A stretch of DNA of 63,004 nucleotides, counting the filler, from Piptocephalis cylindrospora (lineage: Eukaryota): NCBI GenBank assembly GCA_003614145.1. It is 11 parts of 11 records of this genome, joined end to end, with 100 filler letters (N's around TTAATTAATTAA, not from the genome) between each part and the next. Parts side by side here need not be neighbours in the genome. Positions count along the whole stretch, not along the records: positions 46,078 to 51,659 come from KZ988372.1; positions 51,760 to 57,335 come from KZ988373.1; positions 57,436 to 63,004 come from KZ988374.1; 8 more parts are not named here. One strand, 5' to 3'. A program made the translations under genes and the position numbers. The stretch's first letter is position 1. Every line of letters begins with the position of its first letter. This document shows positions 48,754 to 63,004 of the stretch, piece by piece. The notes below the pieces were generated by a model. The model worked only from the letters and a program-made list of their open reading frames with translations. It had not been told where the DNA came from and searched no databases.

Positions 48754-51700
48754 GCAGAACTTTGATGAGGAGAAGGGAATGTGCATAGAGAATTGCGTTG
48801 GATGTAGGAGGGTCAATGTAGTTGTTTCATGATATATAACGTCTGCTTGGCCAATCACGTTTGACCTTTTGCCATTATTGCTCATGCCTTTGCTAGGGAA
48901 AAGACATGATAGGACCAAGAAGCATATGTTTACATTGCCTTCTTCAATTGAACGGATGAGCCGCCGAGACTATATCCGTTTGTATCGTAAATGCTCAAAT
49001 CTCCAGGAATCCAACACCAATGTGTCGTAGTGCTCCTCTAATTCCTTGACCCTATCGTTATTTCCTACGAATCAGAATCCATGTCCAGAGCGGGTGGCCT
49101 GAGTGAGTTGGGGCGTTGAGCGGTCCAGCCAAGTCGTCCACTCTCCCACTTACCAACACCGGACATCTTGGCGAGTGCACGTAGTGCTCGTGCCTCCTCT
49201 TTTTCAGTCTCTAGAAAATTTGGGGCTGATGTCGGGCCAAGCCCATAGGGATGGGTGGGTAGTTAGGTTGCCACCGATGAGAATGACAGGAGGAGAAGTA
49301 CGTACTGTCTGCTCGAAGTAGGTTGGAAAAATCGTGCTGTTTTGGGATTGGAGCGGACGGGTTGGGCCTGGGAAAGAGGGTTTGGGGATGGCACCCAAAG
49401 TACCGGTCTTTCCAGTCTGGATGGCTAGAGATGCGATGGGACATGAAGGTTGATCAGGAAGTAGTACAAGATGTATCGTACCAAGCTGACTGTTGGGTAT
49501 TGAGGAGACATATTGCTCCTGACTTATCTTGTGGAGGCGACAATTGTACTATATTTTAAGGAGCAGATTGGATTGCTTACAGTGAGCCAGCAGAAATTTT
49601 CAAACAGCGCTAGTAAAGTGCATCTCCCCGTCCTACTGACTCAGGGTCAGATCTCTCAGAACCTCTTTGAAACCCCATTCATTGTCTTTGATCATATGAA
49701 AATGTAATTTCCGGATCACCTGAGAATGAAAGATACGGTGAATAGGATGAATACGCAGGTTTATCCCAAGATGGCCATCTGACACACACCTTTATTTGAG
49801 CTATTGATTATTTACCGATTGGCCGTACTCCCACAGCTAGAGATTAGTGCGAACAGAGGTTTTAAATAACGTGTCTTACTTCGTTACAAAAGCCACGCTT
49901 CACAAAAAGTTGGATTATCTCTCCAATAAACTCTGGTGATTTTCTGTAGCGTGCCTACAGCGGGGTCATTAGGATACCGCCCGTTGAAGAATCTGTCATG
50001 CAATTGCTAAGTCCTATTCGGATTAAATATCACCATCCTCTAGCGTCCCTCAGTATCGGCTGTAGCCAATTTCAGAAAAAGTAAAAGATCGAAGGATACA
50101 TGACAGTCCTAGCCTTGCTCTAAACGGAGAAAAGCCGTATAAATAGCAACTGAATGTTCCTCTCCTCTGATCGCCCCCATCGGTATACATTTTCCTTTCT
50201 TTCCAAGTACTCTTTACCCCCTTTTCTCGATGGATGGGCTTTTATGCAATCTATATCCTCATTTTCCCCAAAATTCGCCCTCCTTCTTTCATTCTGGGCT
50301 TCGTCGTATTTCGTTGTCGCCCTTGCGCTTTCGGCCATGACCACCATCCTTGGTCCCACCGAAAAAGCACCAAGCTACAAGATGGTCGTCGAACCGATAA
50401 GCGTGCCCACTGTGCTTCTAAGCTTATCCGTTTTATCCATTGAGGATCACCCGGAGCCCGCCACCTCTTCCAAGGGAAAGCTTTAAATGACATACTTTCG
50501 CTTTCTTCCTAGAAAAGTATATTACACATTTCCTCCTGGGTACGGCTTTGTGCTTTCTCTTGATTACATATCCTACTATCCCATGCTTTTCCGCTCAGAA
50601 ATGCACTATTACTGAGTATGTATTTCTTTCTCTTGCGATTTAGAGACGAGGGCGCTTATACACAAAAGAATATCTCCGCATTGAGGAGCATCACCAGCAC
50701 CGTTTCCACAGTGAGAATGGATCGTCGTTGTATGCAGATCTAATTCCTTTACCAATGAAGAGGCTCTTTGCTTTGCCCACTCCGACTTCCATCCACCTAT
50801 GCAGATGTGGTATAAAAGGGAAATATTCTCATCTAGATTTTATCTCTCGGGTTTAAGCCCTTCCCATGAATTGAAGCCATATAGCGCGTGGCTTGGCAGC
50901 ATTGGGAAGGGAGGGGAGCCCAGAGCATGTCTTTTCTCTTTTCCCTAATTGGTTCCGGCCACTTTAGAACATCTTCCTTGGGCACCATGTCGACCCACAT
51001 GGTAGTTATAGAGATGGTTTCTTGCATCCATCTACATATTCACAAAGGTGATAAGTATTACGGAAAAAGTGTTCAAGTGAGTAGATCTATATGGCTTCCG
51101 CTTTATCCTTTCTAACTAGAATAGGATTGGTTTCTTTGAAAAGGATGAAGAGGTAGTATGGTCATCCTTAATGATGGTCCAAGAGTAACAAAGCACCCAC
51201 CCTTGTAACAGCGCTACCTAAGAAGTCCATTGTTGATATCCGGGAGAACGGCTTCCTCCTGATACCCTATCAGCTGATGCTTCAAGGATCAACGCGGCGT
51301 GACCATGCAGATGAAGACATTATTTCTCATTCAAGACGGGTCACCTGCATCCATTATTGGTATCCTGGGAAGGTGGGATGTCGAGAACCATGATGATTAC
51401 CTACACAGAAGCCTCCTACCACTGTTGCCCCCTTTTGCCCACATGTCAGCAAGTCGGACCTGGTGTTTCCCTTCTTGTGCCCCCACCCCCCTATTCATCC
51501 CAACCCCCCCATTCATCTCGTCCCCTCCCCCCTTAACACCAACACTAATGCTAACACCAACACTAACCTCCGCTTACTCTAAGAATCCCGAGGCTTGCTA
51601 TAAAAGCCTCCTCCTAGCCCCCTCGCTTGCTCTTCCAGACCTGACTCAACACTCCATCCNNNNNNNNNNNNNNNNNNNNNNNNNNNNNNNNNNNNNNNNN

Positions 51701-54520
51701 NNNTTAATTAATTAANNNNNNNNNNNNNNNNNNNNNNNNNNNNNNNNNNNNNNNNNNNNCCCCCCCCCCCTTCTGCCCTCGTTCTCCAGGCCCACACCAG
51801 ATAGATTTTTGGGGTTACATCGAGATATCATCGTCCTACATGAATAATTGCTGTTCAGGGTACAATGAAGATGTCAATTGGACAATACACTCCCAGAAAA
51901 ATGCATGTCATTGAGCAAAGGAGAGCGAATGGATGGGATATAGTATCAATATCTATGACTCTAGCCTAGATTAGAGAGTAAGGCAGCACTATCCTTCAAG
52001 GACTAAATGCACCTTAAATCTAGGTTCGCATAGTCGATTGCATCATCTCGCACTGTACTCTCATCATGTCCTCCTACAATCACACTCCTCTTACCTGGCG
52101 TATAGATTGCACTGCATCCCGTTATACTCCGTATACACCGTATTCTCATGGACTTTACTATAGCCTCAAAGGCCCATTTGGAGATGGGAGATACTGTGGG
52201 CTCCCAGCGATCCACCAGGCCGTAAGCACACTAAATATTCCAAGCCCACCTCCAACGACACCATCGAATCCAGAAGCATGGTACATGCCACATCCCACGC
52301 ATACCCACATAGATTGCGATCCATCCTTGGATGTTGATCTTCAGGATCTTCTGATTCGCGGAGGGGTAAGGTATCGAAGGGTATTTTGAATGACGTAGAA
52401 ATTCTCTTGCATAGGACCTGCGTGAATAGCGTATGAGAGACCCAGGTTACTGGAATGGACGAGATCGCCTTGGAGGAACAGCCCAGCCACCGGGATTTTT
52501 ACCACCCACATGTGGGAGCATCTCTGTCGGGGTCAGCGAGGCCAGTTGGAGACGTTGATCGTCGTTCCAATCTGTTCTTTGCTGCTCACTAGCCCCCGAT
52601 GGTTACTCAAGAAAGGGGGGAAGGTTGTTGTTAACTGTTGCTTCGTAATCATTTCTATTCTGTCTCTCCCTCACCCCCTCGGCAATTGCGGAGCAGTTGC
52701 TCCACCATTCCTGTCCTAGCCCCGTTATGGCTCAATTCTGTAGCCCCCATGGCCAAGGAAGTTCCATACAGGGTCCAAGAGGAGCTGATCTCCCCCTCAT
52801 CCCCCTCGCCATTCTCTACACGCCTTACCCCGGTGGATCATACATGGGAGGGACGTGGAGAAAATGGTAAATTTTACCAACGACATTATGAGCATCCAAC
52901 AACATAAGGCACTGTGCTTGATGGAACGGATGGATGATATAGCCATTAGGTCATGCTACCGGAAATTATCTAATACCTTTCCCTCCTATCTTTCTTACAA
53001 GTCATTCTCGTTCCTCAAAGGAAAAAGGCTATAGATACCCATTTGAGTATTTTGACGTATGGCTTCTTGGGCCAAATGGAGATATAGGCCAGACAAGGAA
53101 AGTCTGGGTGTCTGGGTCCGAATACCCCTGTGTAACGCACATCCCATCCCCAAAAATGGGACTATAAGCAATGATATCAGCATCAATGGCCGATCTGTCC
53201 ATGTCTCATTCTTGGGTTGGCTTCTACTAAGAAAACACCTACGCGTCTGTATGCCAGATTGACAGCAGCATAGAGTGTGGGGTGATGCAGCTGGTCGTAC
53301 CTTTCCGGACGGATGGGATGTGCCCTTGCCATAGACTACTGGGGTTTCTATGCCACACCCCCTACCTACGCCATCATTTGTCCGCTCGAAACGATGGGGC
53401 TGTCTAATTTCGGGTTCAGTTGAAAGCATACTGACCACGATCCATACAGAAAAGGAAGTTACCATTGGGATAACCCCTCAAAAAAAGTCCTTGTTCTGAC
53501 GTTTCCGGGAAATTCAGAGTAAGAGGGGCGCCCCTGAAGGAGGTATTAGGATTCAAGAAACGTTCAGAGTGATGATTTAGACTGGCAAACCTGAACTTAG
53601 CCGGTCTACGACGTTTCTGAAACACTGTGAAGAACTACCGATGATAGTGCCCTATACCGTCATAATCGGTAGCGCGACTAAAAATCGACATGTATGCGAG
53701 TGGGTAGCTTAATTACAATCATTGTTAAAGTATCGACTAGGGAAAAACAAAAGGATGGCCTTTCCCGAGTAAAAAGCGCTCTCGTGCTATAATGATTAGT
53801 TCGTGTCCATGCACTTGTTGCTAGGATTCAGCTCATTCCTAACCACGATGGAGGGCATGACCGCCTAAGCAGTTGGGTACCATTCGGTATATGTTCTATA
53901 TGCGGATTCGCAAAAGGCAGACCCTTGCTAGTAGTGGATGGAAAAGTGATGTAAAGGAACCCATCGAGACCGTGATCATTTTAGTACCCTATTCAACCAG
54001 AATGACGATTACCGCTAGCCATGTCCATTTACAGCTTCTACCTGACGCTTGAGTGATATGCGAGATGCACTACTCCTTTATTGAAGAGCAGCACAAGGAG
54101 ACACTCATGCTGGCCAGGCCTAATTAGGAATATGCACAGAAGGGTGTGAATTGTACGGTGATTCCCATTTTGGGTCATCCCCCCATTCCCTGATTGGAAA
54201 ATGGAGAACCAGAAGAAGGGGACGCGCGGTCAATCGGATCATTAGTCTTGGATAGGAGCTCATATTGCGTGCAATGGATACCTCACACTGGAGGATCGCC
54301 AATGTAAGGATCACAGGTCTCTTGAATACTGCAGTCAGAGCACACGTCCTAGAATCTCACCTTTCAGAACCCGATGGATGAATCTGATAGCCGCTGAGGG
54401 ATACTCATGTCTTCCTGCTTCGTACTTAGTCCCTCCCACTCCCACCAACCTTAACCTGGCCGTCTACCCAGGGCTCAATCCATCTGCCCTCCCTCTCCAT
54501 AGCCTTACGTGCCCTGAAAG

Positions 54521-57213
54521 ATGGCGTTTTGGAAGCCTGGGACCGTTGGTCCTGGTAAGCATCTCCCTACCCTTGCCCTTTAAACTTGCAACTCATCCTA
54601 ACTCTCGTGCCTTTGGCATTACTAGGAAGTGAGGTGGAGAGAAGCGTTACCGAGACGGCGCAGGATCTCATCACCTCTTACAACGCCGCAACAGCATCCC
54701 GCAGTCTTGAGCACCAGCGGACCACCTTACCTGCATACCAGAAGCGAAAGGTCATTCTTCACCGCTTAAATCACTCGCGAGTCCTGATTTTAGTCGGGCA
54801 TACCGGAAGTGGCAAGTCCACTCAGATTCCTCAATACTTGGATGAAGCAGGATGGGCGACCGGCCCATGGATGATCGCGTGCACTCAGCCTCGACGCATT
54901 GCCGTAACCTCGGTTGCCCAACGGGTGGCCCAAGAAATGAGAGTCCAGGTAGGAGCCCAGGTAGGGTACAGCATCCGCTTTGACCGCCGAATCCTGGAGG
55001 GGAAAACGCGCATTAAATTCCTCACTGATGGTATGTTGCTTCAAGAAGCGATTTCGGACCCGCTTCTCTCACGATATTCGGTCATCATGGTGGATGAGGC
55101 CCATGAACGGTCTGTTAACACGGACCTCCTTTTGGGGTTACTCAAACGTATCCTGAGAAAAAGGCCTACCGACCTACGAATCATCGTTTCCTCAGCCACC
55201 CTGCAGTCTGAGACGATCAAGTCTTTCTTCGCCGATACTTTATCGGATGGGGCTGGAAATGATACTTTAGAGACGGACCCCGTCTCCCTTCTTTCCCTCG
55301 AGGGTCGTTCTTTCCCCGTGGAGATTCATCATCTGTCCCAGCCCACAGATGACTACATGGAACGAGCTTTTCAAACAGTTTGTGACATTCATCAAAAGGT
55401 AAGATGGAGAGAAAGGGAAAGTAGCGCCTCTTACTCCGTCAGTCATCGGTAATCTAGTCTCTCTTGAGACTTGGCAACGGTGCCTAGGCCCCTAACTTAC
55501 TTCCATTCACCATCCTCCTTCGTGATCTACAATGATCTAGGAGCCACCAGGAGATGTCCTGATCTTTCTCACAGGAAAAGAGGAAGTGAATCGATTGGTC
55601 GGTCAAATTAAAGATTACGGAAGTCGCTTACTTCACGGAAAGATGCAACTAAATGCATTTCCTCTCTATGCTGGCCTTCCTTTGGTGGAGCAAATGGACA
55701 TTTTCAGCCCTGGACAAGCCGGGACTCGAAGGGTCATTGTATCCACCAACATTTCAGAAGCCTCGGTTACTGTTGATGGCATTTCTTATGTCATTGATTG
55801 TGGCTTTGTGAAAGTAAGCACTCATTGGGGGGGGTAGTGGTCAAGGTGTACGCCTTTGGTGAAGCTCAGCCCCTATAACCCTTTGCTCTCCTCCTTTTGG
55901 ATTCTTTGATAGATTCGCACGTACAATCCAGATATGGAGACACACCAGTTAGTGACCACCCCCATCTCTCAAGCATCGGCCACCCAAAGAGCCGGTCGAG
56001 CTGGAAGGACAGCGCCAGGGAAAGTGTACCGGCTTTACACCAAGGCATCTTATGAATCCCTTTCCCCCCATATGGTCCCTGAGATACAAAGGTTTGACGC
56101 GGGAGAGTGTGTTGAGCATACATCACACTGGATACGTTCTCTAAACAATCATTTCCTCTTCTTCAACCCTGTGCCCCATAATAACAACAGATCCGATCTG
56201 TCCCCCATTATCCTGCAACTTAAAGCAATGGGTGTGGAAAACATTATGGATTTCAGCTTTCTCTCTCCTCCACCCATTCCCCTGGTGTCTCAGGCCTTGG
56301 AGACACTGAATGCTCTAGGGGTTCTGGATGACCAGGGTGGTCTGACTCCGATCGGAGAGAAGATGGTCGGTATGCCCTTAGAACCCCGGCTGGCCAAGAT
56401 GATACTTGTTTCCGGAGACCTTGGATGCAGTCAGGAGATGCTGAGCATTGCCGCCATGCTATCCGTCACAAGTATATTTATTCAACCTCCCGGGGAAAAG
56501 ACGGAAGCGTCTGAAGCCAAGGCCCAATGGGCCGTCCAAGAAGGAGATCATCTCACTCTCCTCAATGTATACAATGCCTACGTGGAACGAGGGAAGAGTT
56601 CGGGGAAGTGGTGCTACCGGCATTATCTGAACGCCAAATCCCTGGAGCGAGCAAGCATCATCCGCAGTCAATACATTGCCTTGGCCAAAAAGGTCTCTCT
56701 TCCCCTCGTCTCCTGCCAAGGTCGAGTGGAACCCATCCTAAAGGCCATTGCATCAGGATACTTTGATCATGCAGCACAGATGCAAGGGGATGGTTCGTTC
56801 AAATGTCTTCGAAATGGACTGGTAAGTCTCTTCCCATGCTGGATTATTGGGAGGGGGAGTAAATGTTCCTCTCATCCGCCATGAATTACGCCTCATCGGT
56901 CCTTGATGTGCTAGACACTGCACCTTCATCCTGAATCGGTTCTTTTCAAGCAGTCCCCCACATGGGTGGTGTATCATGAGGTGATGGAGACGACAAGAAA
57001 CTTTATGCGGGATGTCACGGCCATTGAACCGACATGGTTAACAGAGGTTGCGTAAGTGAATGTGATATCCCTTTATGTCCCCTGGCGGTATGATATATGG
57101 GCCTCTCTACTGCTTTACTTTCCCGCTCACCGTACTCCCACTGCCTTCTCCTTAGCCCACACTTTTTTAAGAAGCGTCAAATCCAACCTCGACCGCGACA
57201 CGAGGAAGAATAA
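54521..57213 (+). CDS. DHX35: DEAH-box RNA helicase DHX35-like; multi-exon
   Basis: MAFWKPGT start; GHTGSGKSTQIPQYL, CTQPRR, DEAHER, SAT, STNISEASVT, QRAGRAGR, HA2/OB-fold tail. Confidence 0.9.
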
Positions 57214-57435
57214 AATAAACATCCTTGTTTTAAAGTATTGTTGCGTAGGGGGTTTTGAATAGTGAAAAGATTCAATGGAGTCCTAGCAATGGCACGAGGG
57301 CCTAACTTTCACTTGGGGAAATTGGGAACGGGAATNNNNNNNNNNNNNNNNNNNNNNNNNNNNNNNNNNNNNNNNNNNNTTAATTAATTAANNNNNNNNN
57401 NNNNNNNNNNNNNNNNNNNNNNNNNNNNNNNNNNN

Positions 57436-60400
57436 GTCCAAGCAGGAGGCTCTGGCTGCTGCCGTTGCCCAATCATCCACCGGCCCTGGCTCCTCCACCG
57501 GCCCCGGCTCCCTAAAGCGTGTAGGGCCTGGTGGTCCTCCCGGCGGTCCCTCGGATGATAAGGACGGCAAAATGGGTATCCCCATGGCAAAGAAGAAGTT
57601 TGCCGAACTCGAACTTTCCCTTCTCCATCTCCAACAAAATGTGGAGATCCCCGAGATCATCTTGAGTATTCATCCAGCCATCCAGCGTGCTGTTGAGAAG
57701 GTATTTATTGGCCATACCGCGTCTTTTTCCGCCCCCTTCTCTCCTCTCATCTCTTCCCCTTCCTTGCATTCCACTTTTAGTGTCGCGAGTCCAACAAGAG
57801 AGTGACAGTGGATGTCGTAGAGACCAGTCTTCTCGGAGACTCCTCCTTCCTAAATCGCCTGCAGGGCGATGTCAATGGCTGGATCAAGGAGATCCAAAAA
57901 GTCACCAAGCTCACTAGGGATCCTGCGTCGGGTCAAGCCATCCAGGAGATCAACTTTTGGCTCTCCATGGAGCGAGCTCTCGAGAGGATCGAGGAGCAAC
58001 TCAAGAGTGACCCTATTGTCCTGACCCTTGATGTCCTCAAGCACGCCAAGCGCTTCCATGCTACTGTGTCTTTTCGCGCTGACACCGGACTCAAGGAGGG
58101 GAGTGAAAGGGTCTACCGATACAATCAGCTCATGAAGGACTTTCCCCTGAATGAGCTCCTTTCCGCTACCGATGTTGGAAAGTGCCGCGATTCCCTCATC
58201 CTCATCTTTGGTCATCTCAACAAGAAGCTCAAGCTCTCCCCCTACCCCATTCGTCGGGCCTTGCCTCTGGTCGAAGCCATCTCCCGGGACCTTAATGATC
58301 AGCTCCTCAAGGTCCTCGGCTCCCGTCGTATCATGTTCATGGAGTATGGTGATTTTGAAAGAGCCATGTCCGGAGCTGAAGAGGTCTTCCGTACCTGGGA
58401 TGAGCTCGTCAAGGAGTTCACTAACGTAGCTCGTGAGGTGACGCGTAAACGCTCAGAAAAGTTCATTCCCATCAAGATCAACGCCGCTCACGCCAAGCTT
58501 CAGGAGCGCATGTCTTTTGTGCGCGCCTTTCGCCGTCAGCATGAGCAGCTTTATCAGACGATCGTTCGAGTTATGTCCAGCGCTGGTCAGGATAAAAAGT
58601 CTGCAACTCTCAAGGAATTGACCGATGGAAAGGAGACTGCCGAGTCAACGACCGAGGTGGCCATTGTTCAGGAAGAGGTGGATGCCGTTGAGGAGGTTTC
58701 CCTAGCTTATCAGCTCGTCCGAGGTGTTGATGTCCTGGATGTGGGAGGGGAAGGCACGGAGGCCTGGGTGGCGGCCGAGACCGGGTACAATGAGCGGGTT
58801 GCTCGGGTGGAGAACCTCATGATCTCTCGCTTGCGCGACCGCCTTGGTACAGCTCGAAATGCCAATGAGATGTTCCGCGTCTTTGGTACCTTCAATGCCC
58901 TCTTTGTCCGCCCCAAGATTCGTGGGGCCATTCAGGAGTACCAGACCCAGCTGATCGAGACCGTCAAGGCCGACATCAAAGGTTTACATGATACCTTCAA
59001 GCGTGGGTACCGGCATTCCGAGGCTCATCCCGCCTCTCAACTTCGTGATACCCCGCCCATCTCTGGGGCCATTTCTTGGGCCCGTCAGATTGAGCGTCAG
59101 CTGTCGGCCTACATGGGTCGTGTTGAGGCCGTCCTCGGTCGAGGCTGGGAGTTGTATGCTGAGGGGGCCAAGCTGGCCGCCGAGTCTGCCTCCTTCCGTC
59201 GTAAGCTCGATGCCCGTCCGATGTATGAGTCTTGGTTGACCGAGATCACTAAGCGAGACCTCTCAGTTCGGGGCCTCATCTTTGCTGTCTCCCGCGTTCG
59301 CCTCACTCGGGATGATAAGCGTCGTTACCTAATTTTGGGGCATGGAGCAGGGCCTGGTGGCGTCAGAGATCCTTCCGGGACCAATCGCGATGACGAAGAT
59401 GAAGAAGTTGAGGGCGAGGAGGGAGTCGAATACGTCCTGGAACTGGGAGTGAACTTTGACACCCAAGTCATTACGCTGTTCAAGGAGGTGCGTCGTCTTC
59501 TCTGGCTCGGCTTCCAGGTTCCCCATGGCATTGCCAATGTGGCCAAGGATGCTAAGCGCGTATATCCCTTTGCCGTCTCTCTCATGGAGACGGTGCGGAC
59601 GTATAGTCAAACTTTAGTTCGACTTCGGGCCTATGATGCTGTTATGGCTTCTGGAGGTGTGGGATACATTCCTGGCCGAGTTGCTCTTGCTCAGGCCACT
59701 GCCACCTCCTCCAAGACCCCTGACCTCCCTCAGATGGCCCCAGGCAAGAAGAAAATGGGCCCGTTGCTCCCGTTGATGGCTGGACAGCAGGCCGAAGTCC
59801 AGGGTATGCTGGAGAAAGGCATGGGCCTTCGCTGGGATTACTTTGTCAATACTTTTGATACCCATCATCGCTCCCTGGCTTACACTTACGGGGTAGCCGT
59901 GGATGCCCGAGAAAATCGACATGTCCTGTTTGTCCGGGAGTTTGCTGCCATCGTCAGCGCTCTTCAAGACAAAACTGACGCCCTCATCGCCCTAGATGAG
60001 GAGGTTAGGAGCATCGTCGAAGGCGAGCTTCGGACGGGCGATTACCGGGCCTCTACCTTTGTTGATGCCCTTGGCCGTATCCAAAAGGTCGTTGATAAAC
60101 TCTCCCTCGAGGGTTACACTAACCTGGAGGGTTGGGTCGAAGCACTTGATGAGCGGATTGAAGAGGTGTTACTCGAGCGCCTGGAGACTGCCCTGGAAGT
60201 CTGGATTGATGTCTTTGTCGGGATGAGCCGAAAGCGTAAGCTCAGGGAGGATGAGGAAGAGGAGGAGGAAGAGGATGATGAAGATGATGAAGATGATGTG
60301 GATGAGGAGGGAGGAATTGAGTCGGATAAGCGAGTCTGGCTGGACCCGGAGGAAAGGAGACGTAAGCGTAAGGAAGCCGCCAAGGAGCGTAAGAAGAACC

Positions 60401-63004
60401 GCGGAGAGAAGAGCCTGGCTCCTGGCATGCTCCTCCCCTCCATTCGTGTCCTGAAGCATGAAGTGCGTATTAAGCACCAAGTTATGTACTTGGATCCTCC
60501 GCTCGAACGGGCCCGTTCATCCTGGTTCTCCCAGCTCCATGCTTGGTTGGCCATTGTTGGTCACCTTCCCCGTATTCACGGGGGACGATACGAGGGTGGA
60601 ATGAATGTCCAAGGGTATGATGCCCAGGGCAAGGATACGTATGGTGGCTTGGTAAGTGTTTCCTCCCCCACCCTCCCATGGATGAATAGTAGATGTAAAC
60701 TGATCTTTTCCGTTTTCCTCTTTCTCACCAGTTGACGAGGCTTAGCAAGGATCGAGAGGAATACTCTCTTCACTCAGCCTATTCTCATATGGAGTTGAAG
60801 CTCTCCGAGGTCTCCGAGTATGTCGGCGTCTGGCTACAGTATCAATCTCTTTGGGATTTAGAGGCCAACTATGTCTTTTCCGAGCTCGGGGAGGACTTGG
60901 GCAGGTGGCAACAGATCCTTCAGGAGATCCGTAAGGCCAGAACTACGTTTGACCGCTCTGAGACAGACAAGGACTTTGGTCCTCTCCTCGTAGACTATGG
61001 TCAGGTTCAGAGCAAAGTTGGGGCCAAATATGATGCTTGGCAACGTGAGGTCCTTGGGCGGTATGGACAGCTTTTAGGTTCGGGCATGCGGACCTTCCAC
61101 GTGGAGGTGGGCGCAGCCAGGACCGAGCTGGAGGCCTATTCCGTCGAGGCATCTGCTACCCGGGAAGCCGTGGCCTTCATCACCTTTGTCCAAGATCTGA
61201 GAAAACGGGTGGCCCGCTGGACCGAGCTAGTGGATCTGTATCGTACTGGGCAAAAGGTCCTTGAGCGTCAGCGGTATCAGTTTCCTTCGGATTGGGTATA
61301 TGTGGATCAAGTGGAGGGAGAGTGGTCGGCCTTCCAGGAGATTCTTCATCGAAAGAACACAGCCATTCAGGAGCAAGTCGGTAAGTTCCTTCTGTATTTG
61401 TTCAACACAGGATAAAGTAATGACCGACCCACTTCTTTCATTATCCCCTCATGCTCCTCATAGCTGGTCTCCAGATGAAGATCATTACGGAGGATAGGGC
61501 TGTTCAGGAGAGGATCCGAAAGGTCATTGGCGAATGGGAAGAGGCCAAGCCCGTGCAAGGAGATTTGGCCCCAGAGATGGCCACTGCTACCCTTGCGACC
61601 TTTGAGGGCCGGGTGACGAGGCTCAAGGCAGACTACGATTTGGTAGATAGAGCCAAGGGAGCCCTAGACCTTGAAGGCCAGGATGATGTGGGCGCTGCGG
61701 GTGGGGCCCAATCTCTCGCCGCCTCCTCCGGGGAGGGCGCCCGATTGACGGCAGTGCTCGAGGAGCTCCGGGATCTACAAGGCGTTTGGCGAGCCCTCTC
61801 GGAGGTCTGGGCCCGGATTGGTGAGATGCGGGAGACGTTATGGTCGGTCGTCGTACCCAGGAAGCTTCGGCAGCAACTTGAGGGCCTGCTCCAACAAACC
61901 AAGGAAATGCCTAATCGTACTCGGCAGTATGCTGCTCACGAGTTCCTTACCGACCGGCTTCGTGGATGGGTTCGAGCCAACGCCCTGCTCACTGATATGC
62001 GTAGTGAGGCCCTGCGTGACCGTCACTGGAGGCAGCTGTTTAAGGCTCTTCGCGTCAATGGCGGGGCTGGTCTTGTCCTCTCCGAGATGACTCTTGGTCA
62101 GATCTGGGACTTGGATCTCCGGAGGAATGAGCAGACGGTACGTGAGGTTGTGGTTCAGGCCCAGGGTGAGCTGGCGCTTGAGGAGTTCCTCCGTGGGGTC
62201 CGGGAGGTATGGACCGGGTATGTCCTAGAGCTGGTACCTTATCAAGGTAAGTGTCGACTGATCCGTGGATGGGATGATCTGTTTGCTAAGTGCGCCGAGC
62301 ATCAATCTGCTCTGGCGGCCATGCGGATGTCTCCGTACTATCGGGTGTTTGAGGAGGAGGCTGGGACTTGGGAGGGTAAGCTGGGTCGGGTCCATGCACT
62401 TTTTGACGTGTGGATTGATGTGCAGCGCCAGTGGGTTTACCTTGAGGGTATCTTCACCGGTAGCGCCGATATCAAGCACCTCTTGCCCGTGGAGACAGCT
62501 CGATTCCAAGGTATCCACGGGGAGTTCCTCGGGGTGATGCGCCGCGTCTACTCCTCTCCCTTTGTCCTGGACGTCCTTGGGATTCCTGGAGTGCAGAAGA
62601 GTATGGAGCGTCTGGCGGAGATGTTGGCCAAGATCCAAAAGGCCCTTGGAGAGTATCTGGAGCGGGAGAGATCCTCCTTTCCCCGATTCTACTTTGTTGG
62701 TGATGAGGATCTTTTGGAGATTATCGGAAACTCCAAGGAAGTTAGTCGAATCCAGAAGCATATGCGAAAAATGTTTGCCGGCTTGGCCGGAATCATCCTG
62801 GAGGGCGAGGACACTGATGACACCCGGATCATGGGGATGACGAGTAAAGAGGGCGAGGAGGTCCGGTTTGTCCGGCCCATTTCCTTGTCCCAATATCCCA
62901 AGATTAACGAGTGGCTCAGTCGGTTAGAGACGGAAATGCGGTATACGCTGGCAGTAAGGGTGGGGGAGGCTGTGCAAGATTTGGAGGGCTTTTACTACTC
63001 CGGG
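57436..63004 (+). CDS. DYN1: Cytoplasmic dynein 1 heavy chain, N-terminal tail/linker (DHC_N1, DHC_N2); truncated at both ends
   Basis: [95 protein letters not shown]. Confidence 0.98.

Noticed and set aside
48900..51659. Short ORFs and a TATAAAA-containing LTR-like end near 51600
   Set aside because: No domain similarity; the putative LTR has no definable TG start and is cut by the gap.
25651..63004. Apparent cluster of microtubule genes (EML, dynamitin, dynein heavy chain, also ADIP)
   Set aside because: Each is on a different unlinked contig; co-occurrence comes from size sorting.

Overview
Intron-containing eukaryotic DNA, most likely an early-diverging fungus (inference from gene content, short GT-AG introns and animal-like retained genes; Zoopagomycota/Mucoromycota-like). 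The window is not one locus. It is 11 contigs of about 5.6-5.8 kb joined by 100-nt N spacers carrying a TTAATTAATTAA all-frame stop linker, in decreasing size order, so gene neighbourhood across spacers means nothing. Recognisable genes: MYND/MSS51-like protein, secreted HEXXH protein, ADIP/Msd1-like coiled coil, BRPF/Nto1-like chromatin scaffold, RPS16, HTATSF1/CUS2, C2-domain EML (HELP-WD40) protein, TRS33, dynamitin, ADE2 (partial), mitochondrial bL35, YKT6, PITHD1, SMPD4-like (partial), CHID1, DPH2, DHX35 and cytoplasmic dynein heavy chain (partial). Mobile DNA: a Ty3/Gypsy element whose pol is interrupted at the RNaseH/integrase boundary by a 300-bp antisense LTR with a 5-bp target-site duplication, apparently its own LTR (nested self-insertion or autointegration, possibly assembly-collapsed); a related second LTR; a Merlin (IS1595/ISXO2-like) transposase fragment; and degenerate relics. 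I did not find a clearly new multi-gene system. The best leads are the self-inserted retroelement and the C2-EML fusion.
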